Of a DNA stretch of 64,000 bases, positions 28,082 to 38,179 are shown one piece after another (positions within the stretch are counted from its first letter, which is position 1; each line of letters starts with the position of its first letter). The notes beneath the pieces were generated by a model. The model worked only from the letters and a program-made list of their open reading frames with translations. It did no database searches and was not told where the DNA came from. The DNA is from Planctomycetota bacterium (GTDB lineage: Bacteria > Planctomycetota > GCA-002687715 > DRQF01). The stretch is from assembly GCA_036479435.1 (NCBI GenBank), contig JAZGFI010000103.1:128022-192021 (forward strand). Reading direction: 5' to 3'. Position numbers and translations under genes: made by a program.

Positions 28082-29905
28082 CTATCCGAGTAGCAGAGGG
28101 ACGGGTCGTCCCCACTGTTGGCTGGGATCTTCGACGCGAACTTCGTCATCTCCACGATCGCGGAATAAATGGAGAACGCGGGCACGCCCAACACCGTCGT
28201 AGTGGGGCTCAGGATAGACCTTCGATGCAAAAGGCTCATCAAAATCGAAAACGTGGAGGATCGCTCTCATGCCGGGAACCCCGCTAAGATCGCGCTCACT
28301 GAGCCCCCTTTTCCCGCCGTGCATATCGTAGACGTCAAACATGATGCGAAGAGCCCTCCGCAAATGTCGATACTTAACACCGCGTTCGACGTAGATAATG
28401 TCGATCTCAAGCGCCTGCATCACCTCATAAAAGTGTCGCCGAGCTCCGATGGGCATCGCCTTGCGATACTCCGGGCCCAGGGTCTGCGATCTCCAGGTGA
28501 GTTTGTCATCGCCTACCCGTTCGCGACCTTCGTCGCGCGTGAGCCCAGGAGAAAACCAGTGGTGAGGCGCCAATAGCACTCCTTCTCCAGATTCGAGCTG
28601 CGCCTGCGGCACACTTTTCCACAGTTTCTCGAGGCTTCTAAAGAACGACCGCCGGCGCAGGATTTGGCTGCGCCGCAACAGGCGTTCTCTCAGTTTGGGA
28701 TTGGCGCAGTCCTCCAGAGACACTCTTAGAGGCCAGGACTCTTGAAACTGAAAGTCCTCCGCCGCCGATGACAAAACAAACTCGACTTCATCCTCACGGC
28801 GATCGGCTCCGTCAACTCGAAATTTCATTCCGAGTTTGTCCAAGGCCTTTTCGGCGTCGGCCACTTTCAATCCTGGCTCAACAACGCAGCGTAGCGATGG
28901 CGGGTGGGCATTAGCTGGGTTGTGTCGTCGGCCTGGCAAGACCATCCTCACCACGACTGAACACCACAACACTGAGGTGGTGGCGGCGACCCAAGCGAGG
29001 ATCATCCCGAAAAATGAGGTCACGGGCATCACTGGAAAGACCTGACTATCCCAGCCTCTAAGGAGAATGTGCCCGCTACCGAGGAGGGCGACAACCAAAG
29101 GCACCGCAACCAAAATCGTACTATGCAGTGCCAAGAACCAGCTCCAGTCGGCAACGCAGCGCGAAGCCCCTTCACCCTCCTCAGTCTTTTTCCAAGCGAA
29201 ATCGAGTTTCGGGCCGCCCGGCAACAGCAACATGGCCATCGTGGCAAGCCACGCGACCGCGGAAACCAGCGGTGCCACGGTCGGTACCAGCACAAATCCC
29301 ACAAAGGCGATCATCAACAAAAAGGCGGGCGCTATCCAACTGGGGACTTTCGACTTGGCGGCACCGCGCTGGTTTTCATACTCGCGCAACAAAGTCAGGG
29401 AAAACAACAAGGCGACACCAGCACAGCCAACCATGAGCGTCCATAGAACGAGGAGCAGGCTTAGGTAGCCGACGTAAAAAATGTCGCTAATCCCCGTCCG
29501 CAAATCGACCGGCACCCAGAGTGCGTAGGCATAGAGAACGGGGACCGCCGCTAAAAGAATGGCGGTCGGCTTCCACTGGCCGGGCGGCAATCCGCGCTCC
29601 AGCTCGGGCTGTCGCCGCAAATCGGCCTCCAGATCGCACCATTTTTGAGCGACCCTCAAGGCTTTAGTTTGGAAACGATTTTTGGCCGCGATGAGCAAAC
29701 GGCGGCTCCGCCTGCCGTCCCGAAACAGGAGCGCTGAAAACAGGAGGCCGAGGCAAATGGCCGCCAATCCGTCTTCAAAATCGTTTTCGGCGAACCTCCC
29801 GAGGACCTCAAGCGCGGCGAGGCCGAGGGCAAAAAGCACCCAGAAGCCGCTCTTGCCTCGAACCTCTTTGGGCCAGCTCAAAATAAGATCGGGAAGGACT
29901 TTCAT
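28082..29905 (-). CDS. polytopic membrane protein with large C-terminal soluble domain, unknown function
   Basis: ~10 predicted TM helices in the N-terminal 330 aa, then a ~280-aa hydrophilic domain. Start placed at the ATG (MKVLPD...); the track ORF begins at TTG 29926. Confidence 0.6.
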   Translation of the reverse strand: MKVLPDLILSWPKEVRGKSGFWVLFALGLAALEVLGRFAENDFEDGLAAICLGLLFSALLFRDGRRSRRLLIAAKNRFQTKALRVAQKWCDLEADLRRQPELERGLPPGQWKPTAILLAAVPVLYAYALWVPVDLRTGISDIFYVGYLSLLLVLWTLMVGCAGVALLFSLTLLREYENQRGAAKSKVPSWIAPAFLLMIAFVGFVLVPTVAPLVSAVAWLATMAMLLLPGGPKLDFAWKKTEEGEGASRCVADWSWFLALHSTILVAVPLVVALLGSGHILLRGWDSQVFPVMPVTSFFGMILAWVAATTSVLWCSVVVRMVLPGRRHNPANAHPPSLRCVVEPGLKVADAEKALDKLGMKFRVDGADRREDEVEFVLSSAAEDFQFQESWPLRVSLEDCANPKLRERLLRRSQILRRRSFFRSLEKLWKSVPQAQLESGEGVLLAPHHWFSPGLTRDEGRERVGDDKLTWRSQTLGPEYRKAMPIGARRHFYEVMQALEIDIIYVERGVKYRHLRRALRIMFDVYDMHGGKRGLSERDLSGVPGMRAILHVFDFDEPFASKVYPEPHYDGVGRARVLHLFRDRGDDEVRVEDPSQQWGRPVPLLLG

Positions 29906-30035
29906 CGGCCTTTGCCTGGGACCCAATTGACGTTGAAGAATCTTACTCTAAGTGCCAGGTGGGTCGTAAAGTAAATTCGCGTCCTCGCGAAGAGACCCAG
30001 AGATAGGCCGCGGGCCGCGATGCGCGACCCATTAG

Positions 30036-30617
30036 CTAACGAGGTAACTCAACCGGCGAACCACTTCCCACATTGATCGTCGGTCTGAGCTCGACTTTAA
30101 CGACGACCCAAGTTCCGTCTCTCTCAACAATTTCGGCGTTTACGAGCCAAGTGTCCACCAAGGGGACGGTATTGGATTTCTCCAAATTGCCCCGAGCCCA
30201 AGTAGCGAAAAAAGACACCCAGTGCCCCTTGGCCGACTCACCGAAACGATGCGGATGAGTGGCAAAGACCGGGAGTCGGTCGCCTCGTTGCTGCAGAAAA
30301 GAGATCAAAGACTTGGCGTCCGTGACTTCAGCGGGGCCGCCGATGACTTTGAGATCCTCGGCAAGGAGTGGCTCAATGTCCTCCCATTTTCCTTCTCGCA
30401 TCATCCACGCGATGTTTTTTGGATGTTCAAACCACTTGGTATCGACATTCGTGAAGTGGTCGAAGGCGACTTTGGCGACTAGTACCGCCGCCAATATTGC
30501 CGCCATGATCAGTAACTTTTTCCAAAGAAGGCGGTTGCCTTTGTCCTTGCGTTCAAAGGCCTCAAGTTTTGCCCTTGCTGATCCGGATCGAGGGTCTGGT
30601 TTTTTGGCTTCGTTCAT
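30036..30617 (-). CDS. membrane-anchored hypothetical protein
   Basis: Basic N-terminus, single TM (LLIMAAILAAVLVAKVAF), C-terminal globular part; 4-nt overlap with thiD. Confidence 0.5.
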   Translation of the reverse strand: MNEAKKPDPRSGSARAKLEAFERKDKGNRLLWKKLLIMAAILAAVLVAKVAFDHFTNVDTKWFEHPKNIAWMMREGKWEDIEPLLAEDLKVIGGPAEVTDAKSLISFLQQRGDRLPVFATHPHRFGESAKGHWVSFFATWARGNLEKSNTVPLVDTWLVNAEIVERDGTWVVVKVELRPTINVGSGSPVELPR

Positions 30618-31408
30618 TGCAGTCCATCAAAAACTAAGACGCGGCGACCTTGGCCGGCCGCGTCTAGCGGGCGCGCGCGGCCGATCGCATTCGAAACGTA
30701 TGCCTTCGCCGCCTTGAGCGCCGAAAAAGGAGACTGACCCGGTTTCAAAAATGCCGCCGTCGCGGCGGAAAAAGCACAACCGGTACCGTGCGGAGACGGT
30801 CCGGGGTGGCGCTCGCCTTCCATGTATTCCGAGACTCCAAGACCCGAAACGAAGTCTCGAGCTTTGGGTTCATTGCGATCACCGCCCGTGATACAAATCC
30901 AATCAGCTCCGGCTTTTTGAAGGGCCGCGGCGCATTCCTCATGGGTTCCCGCCGCCGAAGCGACCTGGAGACTAAGTCTCACCGCCTCGTCCCAGTTTGG
31001 CGTCAACACGGTGGTCCGTGGCAGGAGTCTTTTTAGCAGCACACGCAGCCCGGACGGCTCAAGCAAGTGAGTTCCTGAAGAAGCCGAAAGCACCGGGTCG
31101 TGTACTAAGGGGATGTTCCCCGCCCAGCGTTGCAAGCCTTCCGCTACGGCCTGCGCGACGTCGGCGTTAGCCACCATTCCCAGCTTGATCACCGACGGCG
31201 GATGGGCCTCAAAGAGCGCCTGCATACGGTCGGAAACCAGTTGAGGGTTGACGGGCTTCACATCTTTGACTTCGTCGGCATTCTGAACGGTCAAGGCCGT
31301 CGCGATCGCCATCCCGTGAATTCCAAGGGATTGCCATACCCGAAGGTCTTGCTCGATTCCGGCTCCCCCTGACGGGTCCGAACCAGCGATGGTCAAGGCG
31401 AGTTTCAT
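30614..31408 (-). CDS. thiD: hydroxymethylpyrimidine/phosphomethylpyrimidine kinase
   Basis: LTIAGSDPSGGAGIEQDL N-terminus, VLTPN, ITGGD, GTGCAFSAA. Confidence 0.85.
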   Translation of the reverse strand: MKLALTIAGSDPSGGAGIEQDLRVWQSLGIHGMAIATALTVQNADEVKDVKPVNPQLVSDRMQALFEAHPPSVIKLGMVANADVAQAVAEGLQRWAGNIPLVHDPVLSASSGTHLLEPSGLRVLLKRLLPRTTVLTPNWDEAVRLSLQVASAAGTHEECAAALQKAGADWICITGGDRNEPKARDFVSGLGVSEYMEGERHPGPSPHGTGCAFSAATAAFLKPGQSPFSALKAAKAYVSNAIGRARPLDAAGQGRRVLVFDGLQ

Positions 31409-32028
31409 GGCTTTTCGATTCCCTCTTCTTCAAACAGTGGTGCCGCGTCCTCGTGGACCGGATCAAAACATTTGCGACAGCGGGCCTCGTAGGTGTCGAC
31501 TCCGCCCAAAACAACAATGTCCCCGCCGGCGCGCAAACGTTGATTGCGGTGTGCGGGGTTGCCGCAGCACATGCAAATCGCGAGATTTTTGGTGACATAC
31601 TCAGCCTCGACCATCATACGCATCATCGTCTCGAAGGGGACGCCGAGAAAATCCTGATCGAGACCCGCCACGATGACGCGCCGACCTTCGGCGGCCAGTT
31701 CTTTGGCGACGCGGACCGTGTCAAGGTCGAGGAACTGCGCTTCATCAATAGCCACAATTTGGACGTCGTCATCCAAGTGATCAAAAATCTCGGCCCCGCG
31801 GGTCACGACGGTCGATTCGATAGCACGACCGTTGTGAGAAACAACCTTGGTTTCGTCGTACCTCACATCAATCGACGGCTTAAAGATGTGGACGCGCTGT
31901 TTTGCGTACTGGGCCCGCGTGATGCGTCGGATGAGTTCTTCGGTCTTGCCGCTGAACATCGAGCCGCAAATCACCTCAATCCAACCCACACCCTGGGCGA
32001 CTTGGTGAACAACGTTGACGCTTCTCAT
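31405..32028 (-). CDS. tdk: thymidine kinase
   Basis: ICGSMFSGKTEELIRR P-loop, IDEAQF, C-terminal Cys zinc lasso (CMCCG...RCRKC). Confidence 0.85.
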   Translation of the reverse strand: MRSVNVVHQVAQGVGWIEVICGSMFSGKTEELIRRITRAQYAKQRVHIFKPSIDVRYDETKVVSHNGRAIESTVVTRGAEIFDHLDDDVQIVAIDEAQFLDLDTVRVAKELAAEGRRVIVAGLDQDFLGVPFETMMRMMVEAEYVTKNLAICMCCGNPAHRNQRLRAGGDIVVLGGVDTYEARCRKCFDPVHEDAAPLFEEEGIEKP

Positions 32029-33389
32029 GCTGTCTCGCTTCGCTCCTTCATCAGCCGCTCCCAGGATTCTTGAGCCCGACTGAGCGTTTCTGCCGCATCA
32101 ATTGTCTGAACTTCATAGTCGCGTTTGAGGGCACGGCCGTCGACGAAGACGTCCCGAATTTGTTCCGGGCCGCAGGCATCGACCAGCGTAGAAATCAAAG
32201 ACCCACCATTAGCGACGCGGATGTCGGCGGCTAAAGTCGCGATCACGATGTCGGCTTTCTTGCCGACTTCGAGGGTGCCGACTTCATCGTCAATTCCGAG
32301 AGCTTTGGCGCCGCCCACGGTTGCAACGTCAAATCGTTGTTCGGCGGGCCAACCTCTGTTTCCAAGGCGAGCGTTGTGAAGCGTGCCGGTCAGTCGTAGC
32401 TCGTCTAAAAAGGAGCTGCGAGAAGCCGCACCGACGCCGAATGCGAGGTTGATACCGTAATCCAACAGCTCTGGGGCGGCGGCGACGCCCGTTCCGATCG
32501 CTAGGGAGTGCGAAGGGCAATGGCCAAGGTGAGTGCCCGTGCCATAGAGGAGATTTCTCTCCTCATCTCCGAGCCTTGAAGCGTGGACAAGGATAGTCTG
32601 CGAACCCAAGACTCCCATATCACTCAGGTAGTCGACGTTGCTTCGCTTGGTATGTTCGCGAACCAGGGCTTCTTCAGATTCAGTTTCAGAGGCCACCAGG
32701 TGCAGCACCCAGTCATTCACGCAGACCAAGTCGCTGACAGACCGGAGCAACTCGTCACTACACCCCAGGGTAAACCGGGGCGCGGCGGCGTAACGCAATC
32801 GCCCGGACTCGCTCTCATGAAAGCTCTCCGCGAGCTCTTTGCTGAGGGCTTCGCACTCATCCCTAGATTTGATGAGCGCAGGATCCAGACGCCCAGTGCG
32901 ATCTAGGTCGAGCATACTGAGCCCGCCGAAAAAACGGATTCCGCAGGCCGCAGCTTCGCGGAAGAGCAGATCAACGCCATGGCTAACGCCCGCATCCAGC
33001 ACACAGGTAACGCCGTTGTCGATGAGTTCGTGAAAACCGATGCGATAGGAAGTCTCACGTTCGTCTTCGCCGAGACCTTCAACCTGCGGCCAGCGGCTCG
33101 AAGCCGCCGCGGTCAGAGCGTCGACGGGCTTGCTCATACCTCTAAAAAGACTACGGCTGAGCTCGGAATGGGCCTGAACGAATCCCGGGATGACCACGCA
33201 GCCTCGGGCGTCGATCTCGTCCTCTCCCTCGCCGCGGTGGGCGACATGAGCTGCGATCTCGACGATCCGGCCGTCTGAGACGCGAATATCCCCTTCGAAT
33301 GAACCCGCGCCATCGCCGGGAATGATCCAGCCCTTTCGAATAATCAACTCAAAGTCTCCTTTTGGCTCCACTGACGTCGCCAATGACAT
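32025..33389 (-). CDS. amidohydrolase-superfamily protein (MTA/SAH-deaminase or chlorohydrolase-like), possibly with a degenerate metal site
   Basis: VVIPGFVQAHSEL, HLVASETE, ILVHASRL, HCPSHSLAIGTG blocks; the canonical HxH appears as AHSE and the distal GTDG Asp is not obvious. Confidence 0.7.
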   Translation of the reverse strand: MSLATSVEPKGDFELIIRKGWIIPGDGAGSFEGDIRVSDGRIVEIAAHVAHRGEGEDEIDARGCVVIPGFVQAHSELSRSLFRGMSKPVDALTAAASSRWPQVEGLGEDERETSYRIGFHELIDNGVTCVLDAGVSHGVDLLFREAAACGIRFFGGLSMLDLDRTGRLDPALIKSRDECEALSKELAESFHESESGRLRYAAAPRFTLGCSDELLRSVSDLVCVNDWVLHLVASETESEEALVREHTKRSNVDYLSDMGVLGSQTILVHASRLGDEERNLLYGTGTHLGHCPSHSLAIGTGVAAAPELLDYGINLAFGVGAASRSSFLDELRLTGTLHNARLGNRGWPAEQRFDVATVGGAKALGIDDEVGTLEVGKKADIVIATLAADIRVANGGSLISTLVDACGPEQIRDVFVDGRALKRDYEVQTIDAAETLSRAQESWERLMKERSETA

Positions 33390-34555
33390 CGCTCGGCTGC
33401 GTCGTTTGCGAACTCGTTTAGGATAGCTTCTCCGTGTTGATTCAAAACCGGGGCAGCACTGAGGCAAGGTCCAGGGCCGCCGTTAAGTCGAGCGGCTCTC
33501 CCCAGCACGGCCATCTCGCCCAAGGTTGCATGCGCCGCGGTGCGAAGAAAGCCGTCGTGCCTTCTTCGTAATTCTTCGAGTGCATCACTAACCCCGCGCA
33601 AACGCCCAACGGGGATGTCGGCGGCGTCGAGAGCGATTTTCCACTCTTCCGTACTCTTGCTGAGCAGCACTTTTTCCACCGCGGGTACAAGTTCATGGCG
33701 CTGGCCCACGCGATCCCCGTTGCGGCTCCACTCTTCGCGATTCATGTCCGCGGGAACCCCGTCAATTTTCAGGAAGCGCCGCCAGGCCTCATCCGTTGCG
33801 ATCGCCAAAACCAAGGCTCCATCGCGGGTCTCAAAGATCTGATAGGGAACGAGGTTGGGGTGGCGATGCCCCATGCGCTTGGGGTCTTTTCCCGTCAGCA
33901 AGGTCGCTTGCGCCTGAAACCCCAAGAATGACATCAAAGAATCGAAAAGCGAAACCTCAAGGTGGCAAAACCCGGCGGCGCCACCGCGGCGCTCGAGGCC
34001 GACCAGTGCCGCTAAGACTGCCTCGGAGGCGGCCATTCCGGCGGCGACGTCCGCAGCGCTGAAAGGAACACGGCAGGTTTCGCCGGCCTGGTCCTCGGGC
34101 CCCGTCATCGCCATCAATCCGGTCTCCGCTTGAATCGCGAGGTCAAACGCTCCTTCGTGCCGACGAGTCGTCTGCGTCCCGTAGCCGCTGATCGTGAGCG
34201 AAACCAGGCGCGGATTGAGAGCTTGTTGCCGTTTGAGGCTCAGCCCCATTTGATCCATGACACCGTCACGGAAGTTTTCGACCAATACATCGGCCTTTTC
34301 AATGAGTCGGTTCAACACTTCGCAATCAAACTCAGTTCTCAGGTCCAAAACCAGGCTCTCTTTGCCGCGATTATAGGCCATGAAGTAGCTGGATTCGCCC
34401 TTGACGAAAGGCGGACCGAATCGACGAGTCGCATCCCCTTTCGGGCTCTCGATCTTGACGACGCGCGCGCCCCAGTCTGCGAGTCGCATGGTGCACAAAG
34501 GACCCGCGAGAACGCGCGACAAGTCGACGATCAGCAGGCCATCGAGGAAATTCAC
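33344..34555 (-). CDS. CoA-transferase family III (CaiB/BaiF)
   Basis: LDGLLIVDLSRVLAGPLCTMRLADWGARVVKIE N-terminus, catalytic Asp region. Confidence 0.85.
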   Translation of the reverse strand: MNFLDGLLIVDLSRVLAGPLCTMRLADWGARVVKIESPKGDATRRFGPPFVKGESSYFMAYNRGKESLVLDLRTEFDCEVLNRLIEKADVLVENFRDGVMDQMGLSLKRQQALNPRLVSLTISGYGTQTTRRHEGAFDLAIQAETGLMAMTGPEDQAGETCRVPFSAADVAAGMAASEAVLAALVGLERRGGAAGFCHLEVSLFDSLMSFLGFQAQATLLTGKDPKRMGHRHPNLVPYQIFETRDGALVLAIATDEAWRRFLKIDGVPADMNREEWSRNGDRVGQRHELVPAVEKVLLSKSTEEWKIALDAADIPVGRLRGVSDALEELRRRHDGFLRTAAHATLGEMAVLGRAARLNGGPGPCLSAAPVLNQHGEAILNEFANDAAERCHWRRQWSQKETLS

Positions 34556-34574
34556 GGCTCGTTCGTCTTCGGCA

Positions 34575-35684
34575 TTAGATGCTTGAGATCAGGGCTTCGC
34601 CCGGAATCCGGCTGGCCTTAAGGAAAGTCAGCATTCTCTTGAGGATCTCGATGCGCAACTCGGCGTATTTCTCGGCGCCCTGCCCCTCCAGAGGGATCCG
34701 CGCCGCCGCCATGGTGTTGTGGCCGCCAGCTTGCCCCAGCCTGCCGACGACCTTGCGTATGAACACACCGGCATCGCCGTCGACGTCGCGAGTACGCACG
34801 GAGATCATCATGGTGTCCTCGAAGCGCCCGGTGCACACCGACCACGTTGAGTCTTCAACTTTCAACATCAAGTCGGCGATTTCGGCAACCAGGTCTGGGT
34901 AAGGCAACTCGTCGAGATGTGAGGAGACGAAATTTCCGTAGATCTTGGCGTGGTCAATCGCGTTGCGCAGGTTGCGAAAGTAAAGGCGAGACAGCGGCGG
35001 CGCCTCGATCTTTTCAAGCGCGTTGTGGTCGACCATATCCTTCAGGTAGGCAAAAGCCTCTCGGTCTTCGTCCGAAGTCCGGCGCGTCAATGAAAGGGTG
35101 TCGGTTTTGATCCCGTAATAGAGTGCCGTAGCGACCACCGCCGTCGGCACCACGCTATAAAGCCGCAGATATTCGGTCATCACCGTCGCCGTGGCCCCGT
35201 AACCGGGACGCACATCGCAAAAGGGAACTTCCATCGTGGACTTCACGAAGGGGTGATGGTCGATGCAGACCAAGACCGGAATCTCTTGTTCCAGTTCCAA
35301 CAAGTCCTCGGGGTTAAATCCAAATTCAGGTTGAGCATCCACCAAAATCGCGGCGCTGAAATCCAAGGATTCAACGTCTCGAAAAGGAACAAGGTTGGGA
35401 GCGAGGCGAGAGACCATTTCCCTATTCTGCGCCCGACCGACGATGCCGCGATAGCACATGGTGACCTGCTTACCGAAACGGGTCTCGAGAAGCTGGGTCA
35501 TGGCCAGGGCCGAGGCAATACTGTCCGGATCGGGATTGAGATGACAAAAGACGAGCACGTTGTCGTGCCCATCCAAGACCTCTCCGAGTCGGCCTGGATC
35601 CGGCGGCGGCGGCGCGCCCTGGCTGTGATTGCTGTCCGTCGAATCCATACTTTCGGCTCGGCCTCGCCAAGTGTCCCGCCGCAA
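34575..35684 (-). CDS. nrnA: DHH/DHHA1 phosphoesterase (NrnA-like nanoRNase/pAp phosphatase)
   Basis: HLNPDPDSIAS (motif I), DHH (VCIDHHPF), GGGHNTMAAA (DHHA1). Start may be the internal ATG at 35648. Confidence 0.8.
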   Translation of the reverse strand: MRRDTWRGRAESMDSTDSNHSQGAPPPPDPGRLGEVLDGHDNVLVFCHLNPDPDSIASALAMTQLLETRFGKQVTMCYRGIVGRAQNREMVSRLAPNLVPFRDVESLDFSAAILVDAQPEFGFNPEDLLELEQEIPVLVCIDHHPFVKSTMEVPFCDVRPGYGATATVMTEYLRLYSVVPTAVVATALYYGIKTDTLSLTRRTSDEDREAFAYLKDMVDHNALEKIEAPPLSRLYFRNLRNAIDHAKIYGNFVSSHLDELPYPDLVAEIADLMLKVEDSTWSVCTGRFEDTMMISVRTRDVDGDAGVFIRKVVGRLGQAGGHNTMAAARIPLEGQGAEKYAELRIEILKRMLTFLKASRIPGEALISSI

Positions 35685-35705
35685 GCTGCACGCGGGGTCC
35701 TGCTC

Positions 35706-36611
35706 TTAGAGAGTCATCTCAAGACTGCTGACAAAGCTCAGTCTGCTAGAGCCTGGTGCCAGCCTCAAGATCTTGGGCAGAGCGGGAGACAAACCAAGGA
35801 GGTCTTGGAGACCGGAAAAAGTCCCTGCACCGAGAGGCAATCCCGTCATAAGTTCATGTGAATCACAAAGATATGTTCCGAGGGCCCGCTCGGATGCCAG
35901 TTTCCACAGAGACTTGGCTTGGTCAAATCCGAGAAGATGACGACGATGAGCTGCGGATGGGTCGTACCAAAGGCCCACTCGCTCGGAGTCAAATTCCGCC
36001 AGCACCCAGGCGAGTTCCTCTGTGCCCAGTAGGGCCTCAGCCCCGCCTTCAAGGAGCAAGCCAAGCCTCAATCCGCGGTGCTCGCTGAGAGCCTGGTGCA
36101 AAAAGCGGCACAGGCGTTCCGCAGCGGACTCGCGCTCCGCCTCCCGCGCGGCCATCAAGGCCCTGAGCTTCGGGCCCCGTTCGGATTCATCCGCGCCCGC
36201 CTCGGCCGCCGTTTCGAACTCCTTGGCCGCAACACTTGCACAAACTCCACCGGAGAGCAGCACCAGGTCGGCCCGAAATCCGGACGCCCACTTTAGGGTC
36301 TCGTTCCAGTCTCGGCTCGCCCGATCCCGTTCCTCCGCATCGGCTGCCGTCACGTAGTTCAGGCTCAGAATTTTAGGATTGTCTGAGGAAGCGGTATAGC
36401 CGATCAAAGGCGCCCGCACCGCCACGATTCGCCCGCGGGCCCGCCGCAAAGTTTCTGCGGCCGCCGGAATGTCAAGGGCGCCTCGAGGGGCCGCGAGTTC
36501 AACCCTGCCAACTCCGAGATCGAAGATCCCTTCTAGGGCTTTGACGATACTGCCATCTTCACGGGCGTCATTGGCCGTTGACAAACCAACGCTAAAGCTC
36601 TTTTGGCTCAA
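35706..36611 (-). CDS. putative sugar-phosphate isomerase/epimerase (xylose-isomerase-like TIM barrel)
   Basis: Weak: VGLWYDPSAAH resembles the TIM-barrel metal-site block; the rest is Ala/Glu/Arg-rich. Confidence 0.4.
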   Translation of the reverse strand: MSQKSFSVGLSTANDAREDGSIVKALEGIFDLGVGRVELAAPRGALDIPAAAETLRRARGRIVAVRAPLIGYTASSDNPKILSLNYVTAADAEERDRASRDWNETLKWASGFRADLVLLSGGVCASVAAKEFETAAEAGADESERGPKLRALMAAREAERESAAERLCRFLHQALSEHRGLRLGLLLEGGAEALLGTEELAWVLAEFDSERVGLWYDPSAAHRRHLLGFDQAKSLWKLASERALGTYLCDSHELMTGLPLGAGTFSGLQDLLGLSPALPKILRLAPGSSRLSFVSSLEMTL

Positions 36612-38044
36612 ACCCGCAGTTCCTCGACTTCTTCGCCATCGTCGGCGAAGCGGGACAAAATGGGGTCCACTTCCGCGGCGATGAAGTTTACAACCTGCGA
36701 AGCCGCGACGCCGGTGTAGCGCCCCGCGTCGAGGATTTCGTCGAAGTCCTCCGCCGTCAGAGAAAAAGCGTCGTCGGCGGCAAGTCGCGCTAAGAAGTCA
36801 CTGGCGCCACCCGTTTCTTTGCTTTGATTAGAGGAGGCCACGGCGTGCGTACGAATGCGCTCGTGGAGTTCTTGGCGATCGCCGCCGTCGCGTACCGCAC
36901 GCATGAGGATCTCCTCACTCGCGATAAAAGGGAGATGTTCCTGCAAGTTCGCGGCGATGACTTTTTCGCGCACGACGAAACCCGAGGCAATGTTGCCGAA
37001 GAGAATCAACACCGCATCGGCCGCCATGAAGGCCTGCGGAATAACCAAGCGGCGGTTGGCAGAATCGTCCAGTGATCTTTCGAGCCACTGACTGGCCTGG
37101 GTGTAGGCGGTGTTTTCTGCCAGGGAGATCAAAAACCGCGACAGTGATCCAATGCGCTCACTCCGCATGGGGTTTCGCTTGTAGGGCATCGCCGACGAAC
37201 CGATCTGTTTGCTCTCAAAAGGCTCTTCGATTTCGCGAAGGTGACAGAGCAGGCGCAAATCGTTACCGAACTTCGCAGCGCTTTGGGCAATCGCCGACAA
37301 CACGCCCAAGACCCGAGAGTCCATTTTGCGGCTATAGGTCTGCCCGGTGACGGCAAAGCGTCGAGGAAAGCCCATTTTCTCGGCCACGCGACGATCGAGC
37401 GCCTCGACTTTCTCGGTGTCGCCGTCGAAGAGCTTCAAGAAGCTGTCTTGGGTGCCCGTCGTCCCTTTGACGCCTCGAAACCGCAGCGCCTTGAGGGCGT
37501 CTTCGAGTTCTTCGTGATCTAAGACCAGATCCTGCAACCACAAGGCGGCACGCTTTCCGACCGTCGTGAATTGCGCCGGCTGGAAGTGCGTGAACCCTAA
37601 GGTGGGCCGTTCACGCTCGTCCAAGGCAAACGAACGCAGCGCCCTCATGACGCCGCGGAGTCGTTTCCCGACCGCTTCAAGACCCTCGCGCATGATCAGC
37701 GCGTCGGTGTTGTCGGTCACGAAACAAGAAGTTGCGCCGAGATGCAAGATGCTCCCCCCGGCTGGACATTGATCACGCCAGGTGTGGACATGCGCCATCA
37801 CATCGTGGCGCAGCTCGCGCTCGAACTTGGCCGCGCGGTCGAAATCAATGTCGTCTAAGGTAGCTCTCAACTCGTCGAGCTGAGCCTCGCTAATGTCGAG
37901 GCCCAATTCAGACTCAGCCTCTGCGAGGGCCAGCCACAGACGACGCCAGGTGCCGAACTTGCGCCGCGGAGAAAACAAGGCACTCATCGCTTTGGAGCAA
38001 TAGCGCTCGCTGAGTGGATTTTGGTAACGGTCGAGGTCGGCCAT
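36608..38044 (-). CDS. purB: adenylosuccinate lyase
   Basis: GVKGTTGTQ and the fumarate-lyase signature GSSAMPYKRNPMRSE; 478 aa. Confidence 0.9.
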   Translation of the reverse strand: MADLDRYQNPLSERYCSKAMSALFSPRRKFGTWRRLWLALAEAESELGLDISEAQLDELRATLDDIDFDRAAKFERELRHDVMAHVHTWRDQCPAGGSILHLGATSCFVTDNTDALIMREGLEAVGKRLRGVMRALRSFALDERERPTLGFTHFQPAQFTTVGKRAALWLQDLVLDHEELEDALKALRFRGVKGTTGTQDSFLKLFDGDTEKVEALDRRVAEKMGFPRRFAVTGQTYSRKMDSRVLGVLSAIAQSAAKFGNDLRLLCHLREIEEPFESKQIGSSAMPYKRNPMRSERIGSLSRFLISLAENTAYTQASQWLERSLDDSANRRLVIPQAFMAADAVLILFGNIASGFVVREKVIAANLQEHLPFIASEEILMRAVRDGGDRQELHERIRTHAVASSNQSKETGGASDFLARLAADDAFSLTAEDFDEILDAGRYTGVAASQVVNFIAAEVDPILSRFADDGEEVEELRV

Positions 38045-38116
38045 GTGGTGTCCTTATGGGGGATGAAGCCATCTTAGCAGTGCCCTAGGACCAAAAAAGG
38101 CCGCTGGATGGTCATA

Positions 38117-38147
38117 GAAAAAGGGCGGCTCTGACGCCGCCCTTTTT
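38117..38147. terminator. bidirectional Rho-independent terminator
   Basis: AAAAAGGGCGGC-TCTGAC-GCCGCCCTTTTT; serves the minus-strand gene ending at 38180 (U-run on the minus transcript). Confidence 0.65.
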
Positions 38148-38179
38148 CAATGGCAATCTAAGGATGTCGGAGATGAGGA

